Assembly: GCA_050950505.1 (NCBI GenBank)
Contig: JBMNHS010000001.1
Span: 1,108,824 to 1,172,823 of the forward strand
Length of the DNA stretch: 64,000 nt
Direction: 5' to 3'
Origin: Candidatus Methanomethylophilaceae archaeon
GTDB lineage: Archaea > Thermoplasmatota > Thermoplasmata > Methanomassiliicoccales > Methanomethylophilaceae
The notes under the pieces were generated by a model. That model was given only the letters and a program-made list of their open reading frames with translations. It searched no databases and had not been told where the DNA came from. Below, piece by piece: positions 60,019-64,000 of this stretch. A program made the translations under genes and the position numbers. How positions within the stretch are numbered: the first letter of the stretch is position 1; the number at the start of each line of letters is the position of its first letter.

Positions 60019-60438
60019 TTATTCTTTTGATGCGGAACAGTCTTCTATGGCTTTCCTGAGGGCGGTGGCGGCCAACAGACAACAATGTTCCTTTTCCTCA
60101 GGCATACCCCCGAGGGCGTTGATTACATCCCATTGACCTATCCTCAGAGCGTCTTCAAGCGTTTTGCCTTTGGCCAACACGGTAACCATGCTTGCCGAAG
60201 CGATGCTCGGACCGCAACCGTCGGTGATGAACGAAATATCCGATATGACATCGTCTGCGACTTTGATCCATATGGTCATTGAATCTCCGCAGGGGCCGGT
60301 GGCACCGGCGGAACCGTCAAAATCTTCCAATTTACCGATATTCCGGGGATTCATGAAGTAATCAACGGCTGTTTCAGAATATTTTTCCAGATCTTCTTTC
60401 AATAAATCTTCTTGAATATCATCAAACCATGACTCCAT
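60019..60438 (-). CDS. iscU: IscU/NifU N-terminal-type Fe-S scaffold protein
   Basis: YS....D.F.NPRN.G, GPCGD, DGCG..IAS.S, HC. Confidence 0.85.
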   Translation of the reverse strand: MESWFDDIQEDLLKEDLEKYSETAVDYFMNPRNIGKLEDFDGSAGATGPCGDSMTIWIKVADDVISDISFITDGCGPSIASASMVTVLAKGKTLEDALRIGQWDVINALGGMPEEKEHCCLLAATALRKAIEDCSASKE

Positions 60439-60726
60439 TTCGTTGCCTCCGGACTCGGAACAGATGACGCCTGATGGTCATCATGATAATTAAAAATGTC
60501 TGATTGGTGTTCTGAAAGATTATCCGTAATGTCGGAAAGGATATTCAATCCCCGTGGATTGTTGATATGTTCTATGAAACCATAATATATTCTTCAAAAA
60601 AATATAATATATACTTAATAAAAAACCGGAGGAAAAGAAAATGCACAAAGAAAGAAAAATGCCTGAAAAACAAAAATCAAAAACTGTAATTACCAAAAAT
60701 ATTACCGACTTCCCGGAGGCATGATT

Positions 60727-61770
60727 ATGAGTAATGTTTCTTCCGAAGACCGTGTAAGGGCCATCATCAAAGGCGATCCCACAGACAGAGTCGCCGTATT
60801 CGATTTCTCAGAAATGGTTTCAACCAAATTGGCCGGATATCTGTGGGAAGACGTCAGATATGATGCCGAAAAATCTGCGGATGCCGCAATCGAATTGAAC
60901 AAAAAAGTCAAAACGGATTTTGTTATCGCTCCCGTGGATGCAAATTCTTCGTTCATCGATTTAGGCCTTGATGTGCCTCTTCCGGAGGACGATTACGGAA
61001 TCGTCAAATCAACTTATTTCACCACTCGTGAAGAAATTGACTCGAAGGATTTGCCCGATCCGGGCGACAGAGACTCCTACCCTTGCCTTTACAAAGGAAT
61101 CATTGACAAGTTCCACGCATTGTACCGCAAGTACGATGACAGCGGTGTCGTGACCATCGGAGAAGCTTGGGGACCGCTCACGACTGCAGGCTTCCTGAGA
61201 GGCGTTGAAAGACTTCTGATGGACATGTATCTCGAACCCGATGATGCGGACAAGGTTTTGAAAAAGACCGCTCCCTTCGTTGACGGAATATTCGACGCCA
61301 TGCTGTCTGAAGGCGGAAAATGTTTGTTGGCTTCCGATCCGACGGCTTCGGGTGATTTGATTGGCCCCGAACATTTTGAAAAATACAGTCAACCCCATCT
61401 TGCCAAAACGATAAAGAAATGGAAAAATAAAGGAAAAATCACAATGTGCCACATATGCGGCAACACCAACCATCTTGCCGCCGAGATTGCGGAGACCGGA
61501 GTGGATATATTCAGTGTGGATTGGCAGGTCGATCTTGCTCAGGCAAAGAAGGATCTGGGAGGCGTCACCCTCTTGGGGAATCTTCACCCCACCGATGTTG
61601 TTTGGAAAGGAACGCCGGAACTTATCATGAAAGAATCCAAAAGGTGCATAGACGCGGCCGGCGAAGGGGGAAAATTCATTCTGGGTTGCGGTTGCGATAC
61701 TCCCAGGGATACGCCTTTGGAAAACATTGCCGCCATGACGGAGGCTGCCGAAAAATACGGAAAATATTGA
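60727..61770 (+). CDS. MtaA/MtbA-family methylcobamide:CoM methyltransferase (URO-D family)
   Basis: DRV.V, GP.T.A..LRG, DPTASG, Zn motif HICG, LGNL.P, GC..P..TP.EN. Confidence 0.8.
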   Translation: MSNVSSEDRVRAIIKGDPTDRVAVFDFSEMVSTKLAGYLWEDVRYDAEKSADAAIELNKKVKTDFVIAPVDANSSFIDLGLDVPLPEDDYGIVKSTYFTTREEIDSKDLPDPGDRDSYPCLYKGIIDKFHALYRKYDDSGVVTIGEAWGPLTTAGFLRGVERLLMDMYLEPDDADKVLKKTAPFVDGIFDAMLSEGGKCLLASDPTASGDLIGPEHFEKYSQPHLAKTIKKWKNKGKITMCHICGNTNHLAAEIAETGVDIFSVDWQVDLAQAKKDLGGVTLLGNLHPTDVVWKGTPELIMKESKRCIDAAGEGGKFILGCGCDTPRDTPLENIAAMTEAAEKYGKY

Positions 61771-61799
61771 TAATTTCAGAGAAGGGGTGAGTTTGATTC

Positions 61800-61827
61800 G
61801 AAGGCGGGAATATGACATCCCGCCTTC
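61800..61827. terminator. Bidirectional hairpin terminator
   Basis: GAAGGCGGGA...TCCCGCCTTC, a 10-bp stem between convergent genes. Confidence 0.65.
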
Positions 61828-61855
61828 TTGATTTTAATAAATTTATTTGTCGTAA

Positions 61856-62656
61856 TCAGTTCAATACATCAGACATTCCGTATACGACGCCTTTTTTCTG
61901 AGAAGGTATCCACATGGCCGCCATGACCGCACCGCCTACGAAAATTTCTCTCGAATGAGCCTGATGGCGCAATTCGATACGTTCGGAATTGCCTACGAAC
62001 ATCACGGTGTGATCTCCGACGATGTCTCCGCCTCTGACCGCGTGAATCCCTATCTCTTTGCCGCGGGGGCAGATTCCTTCACGGCCGAACACGAATTCTT
62101 TGCCGCCCATTTCTTTGCTGATTATTTCGGCGGCGGTTATCGCAGTGCCGCTGGGGGCGTCTTTCTTCTGATTGTGATGTGCTTCTATGATTTCCACATC
62201 GTATTCGTCACCGAGATATCCCGCGGCTTCTTTGAGAAGCTTGAAGAACACGTTGACTCCGATGGAATAGTTGGAAGAAATCACCGCAGACACGTTGTTT
62301 TTTGCAACGGATTGTGTGATGTTTGTTTTTTCCTCGGCGGTCAGACCGGTGGTTCCTATTATAAGGTTCACTCCCGCTTCGGCGGCTATCGGAGCGTTTA
62401 CAACAGTGGCAGGGGCTATTGTGAAATCAATCAACACATCAGTTTTGGATTCTTTCAGAATCTCGGAAAGATTTTTAGGATCGGAAACCGGAACGTCCAA
62501 TTTGCCGACTCCGATGACTTCGCCTATATCCTTGCCCACGTTCACAAGATCAAATGCGGCAGAAATTTCTGCTCCCTCGGTGGCCAGCACACGACGGATA
62601 ATCAAACTGCCCATCTTTCCACAGGCACCCACAAGTGCAATTCTGGTATTACTCAT
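61856..62656 (-). CDS. dapB: 4-hydroxy-tetrahydrodipicolinate reductase
   Basis: GACGKMG, IDFT, IGTTG, EAHHNQKKDAPSGTA, RGGDIVGDH. Confidence 0.95.
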   Translation of the reverse strand: MSNTRIALVGACGKMGSLIIRRVLATEGAEISAAFDLVNVGKDIGEVIGVGKLDVPVSDPKNLSEILKESKTDVLIDFTIAPATVVNAPIAAEAGVNLIIGTTGLTAEEKTNITQSVAKNNVSAVISSNYSIGVNVFFKLLKEAAGYLGDEYDVEIIEAHHNQKKDAPSGTAITAAEIISKEMGGKEFVFGREGICPRGKEIGIHAVRGGDIVGDHTVMFVGNSERIELRHQAHSREIFVGGAVMAAMWIPSQKKGVVYGMSDVLN

Positions 62657-62796
62657 TGAAACACTCCATAGTTGAAATTTATATTAAATTTATATCGGAC
62701 TTTTATCGAAGACGCAATCTGAACAAGAATATTTAACGGATGGTGTCAACAAAATAAAAAAATCAAGAAGAGGTTTGAATAATATGAATTTTGAAT

Positions 62797-63291
62797 TTAC
62801 CAAGGCGGATTGCCCATTTTCCGGGCATATTCGTTATACCGATTGATGATATTTCTTGTGTCGAACAAAGCCCATAGCCATATTGCAAATGCTATGATAA
62901 TCGTGAAAATTGATAACAAGGTAAACGCAAGAGACTCGGGTGTGAGAATCTCGGCAAGCGTAAGAATCTGGGTAAGTGTGAGAAGCACGATATATGCAAT
63001 CGCCAGGCCCAATCCTTTCCCCATCTGTTCTGCATACAGGTGCCCCAATCCTGCCAATAAAAAGGAAAGTACGATTCCTGTGCCCGCATTTTTCTGAGGA
63101 ATCAGATACACTAAAGCAGCACTTTTCTGAGGCGTGTCCACAGGCGTAGCATCTTGGTAAGATGTATCCACAGGCGTAAAACCTTGCGGAGATGTATTTA
63201 CGGGCGTAGCATCTAAATCGAGATTGTCACCACAGGAACTACAAAAAACTTCGTCGTCTAAAATTGGTTTGCCGCAGTTGGGACAGTACAA
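62797..63291 (-). CDS. Zinc-ribbon + TM2-like membrane protein (paralog 2)
   Basis: CPNCG...FCSSCG, LSFLLAGLGHLY, ending GNPPW. Confidence 0.78.
   Translation of the reverse strand: MYCPNCGKPILDDEVFCSSCGDNLDLDATPVNTSPQGFTPVDTSYQDATPVDTPQKSAALVYLIPQKNAGTGIVLSFLLAGLGHLYAEQMGKGLGLAIAYIVLLTLTQILTLAEILTPESLAFTLLSIFTIIIAFAIWLWALFDTRNIINRYNEYARKMGNPPW
63134..63214. repeat. Three imperfect 30-bp tandem repeats within the CDS
   Basis: Encodes DATPVNTSPQ / GFTPVDTSYQ / DATPVDTPQ. Confidence 0.75.
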
Positions 63292-63463
63292 ACAACCACT
63301 CCGAACGCACAGATGCTTATTGATGTATATACTGATTTACGAACATGTATTGATCAGTCTGGCTACGTTTAAAACAAAAAAATAAGAATCACGGATTTTA
63401 ACAGTGAATCAGTTCAATTGTTACATTATGAGATTGTCCGGCAAAGGCATCCAAGTTATCAAA

Positions 63464-63901
63464 TTACCAAGGAGGACGTCCGGTACGGGCCTTGTAATCG
63501 TTGTATTCCTTGATGATTCCGTATACGTCAACCATGGCCCAAATCCATAAAATGAACGCAACGAACAATGGAATGATGAAATACGATGCTGCCCACATAA
63601 TGACATATACGATCAAAATGACCAGGCCTTTGTTTATCTTGCCTGCATACAGATGTCCCAAACCGGGTAAAAGGAAAGAAAGTAGTATTCCCAGTCCTGT
63701 ACTTTTTATTTCGACGTCACGCGGCCGCGAGTCGTACCGGTAATTGTTTGAGTAATTCAAATCACTGTCATATCTTGCTTGTTGATTTTGATATTGTGTT
63801 GAATAACGATCTGAGTTAGGAATCGGATTGAGTTCAGAACCGCATGAATTGCAAAATAATGCGTCATTCGGATTTTCTTTACCGCATCTGTGACAGAACA
63901 A
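63464..63901 (-). CDS. Zinc-ribbon + TM2-like membrane protein (paralog 1)
   Basis: CHRCG...FCNSCG, LSFLLPGLGHLY, ending GRPPW. Confidence 0.8.
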   Translation of the reverse strand: MFCHRCGKENPNDALFCNSCGSELNPIPNSDRYSTQYQNQQARYDSDLNYSNNYRYDSRPRDVEIKSTGLGILLSFLLPGLGHLYAGKINKGLVILIVYVIMWAASYFIIPLFVAFILWIWAMVDVYGIIKEYNDYKARTGRPPW

Positions 63902-64000
63902 AATTTCACCGATGCAGGATTGAAGTGTTCATATTAAGAATTAAGCGTTCTGCCGATTGGAATTCAGGAAAATCAGTTTTTCCGGTGTAGATTCGAGAAA

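Noticed and set aside
60461-60510. TGA/TCA-rich motifs between iscU and the MtaA-family gene as a third methylamine operator
   Set aside because: The spacing is N3 rather than N4, and there is no 20-bp period or matching distance to a TATA box.
60019-62656. iscU as the sulfur partner of Dnd, and dapB as the lysine supply for Pyl
   Set aside because: Both are distant housekeeping genes with no operon or motif link, so proximity is probably coincidental.
1-64000. CRISPR array, cas genes, tRNA/rRNA, integrase or att sites
   Set aside because: I saw no repeat-spacer periodicity, cloverleaf or recombinase motifs by eye. The CARF-like gene has no cas neighbours. A short tRNA could have been missed without a scan.

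Overview
Chromosomal window from a methylotrophic, pyrrolysine-using archaeon. The amber-containing mttB, the GGAGG(TGA) RBS motifs, the TATA-type promoters and TGA/TAA stops on the housekeeping genes checked suggest Methanomassiliicoccales; this is inferred, not searched. (1) 1-17.9 kb, housekeeping: a PdxK-GNAT fusion, a YgiQ radical SAM gene, a six-gene Ehr (hydrogenase-4-like, Ni-less) membrane complex with a 1-bp frameshift in its large subunit, and Sel1 proteins. (2) About 18-33 kb, an AT-rich defence island: a decayed McrA-like HNH gene, a pbeABCD-like operon converging on dndCDE (DNA phosphorothioation), an IS1634 remnant with 17-bp inverted repeats, a PLD-helicase-DUF3427 gene with one in-frame TAG, and a UvrD fragment. 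(3) About 34-49 kb, a second nucleic-acid-enzyme cluster: NYN nuclease, coiled-coil protein, YqaJ exonuclease, DUF1998 helicase plus a large partner (Druantia III-like), and SF1 helicase plus a transglutaminase-like protein. It runs divergently from a CARF-like/wHTH regulator across a 9-bp-phased GTTAT array and is the best candidate for an undescribed system. (4) 49-64 kb, methylamine and core metabolism: mttBC (Pyl at codon 334), a ChlI/ChlD-type chelatase, an Rh-type transporter whose promoter architecture matches that of mttB, speDE, IscU, an MtaA-family methyltransferase and dapB. All family calls come from motif recognition by eye; no database search was run.
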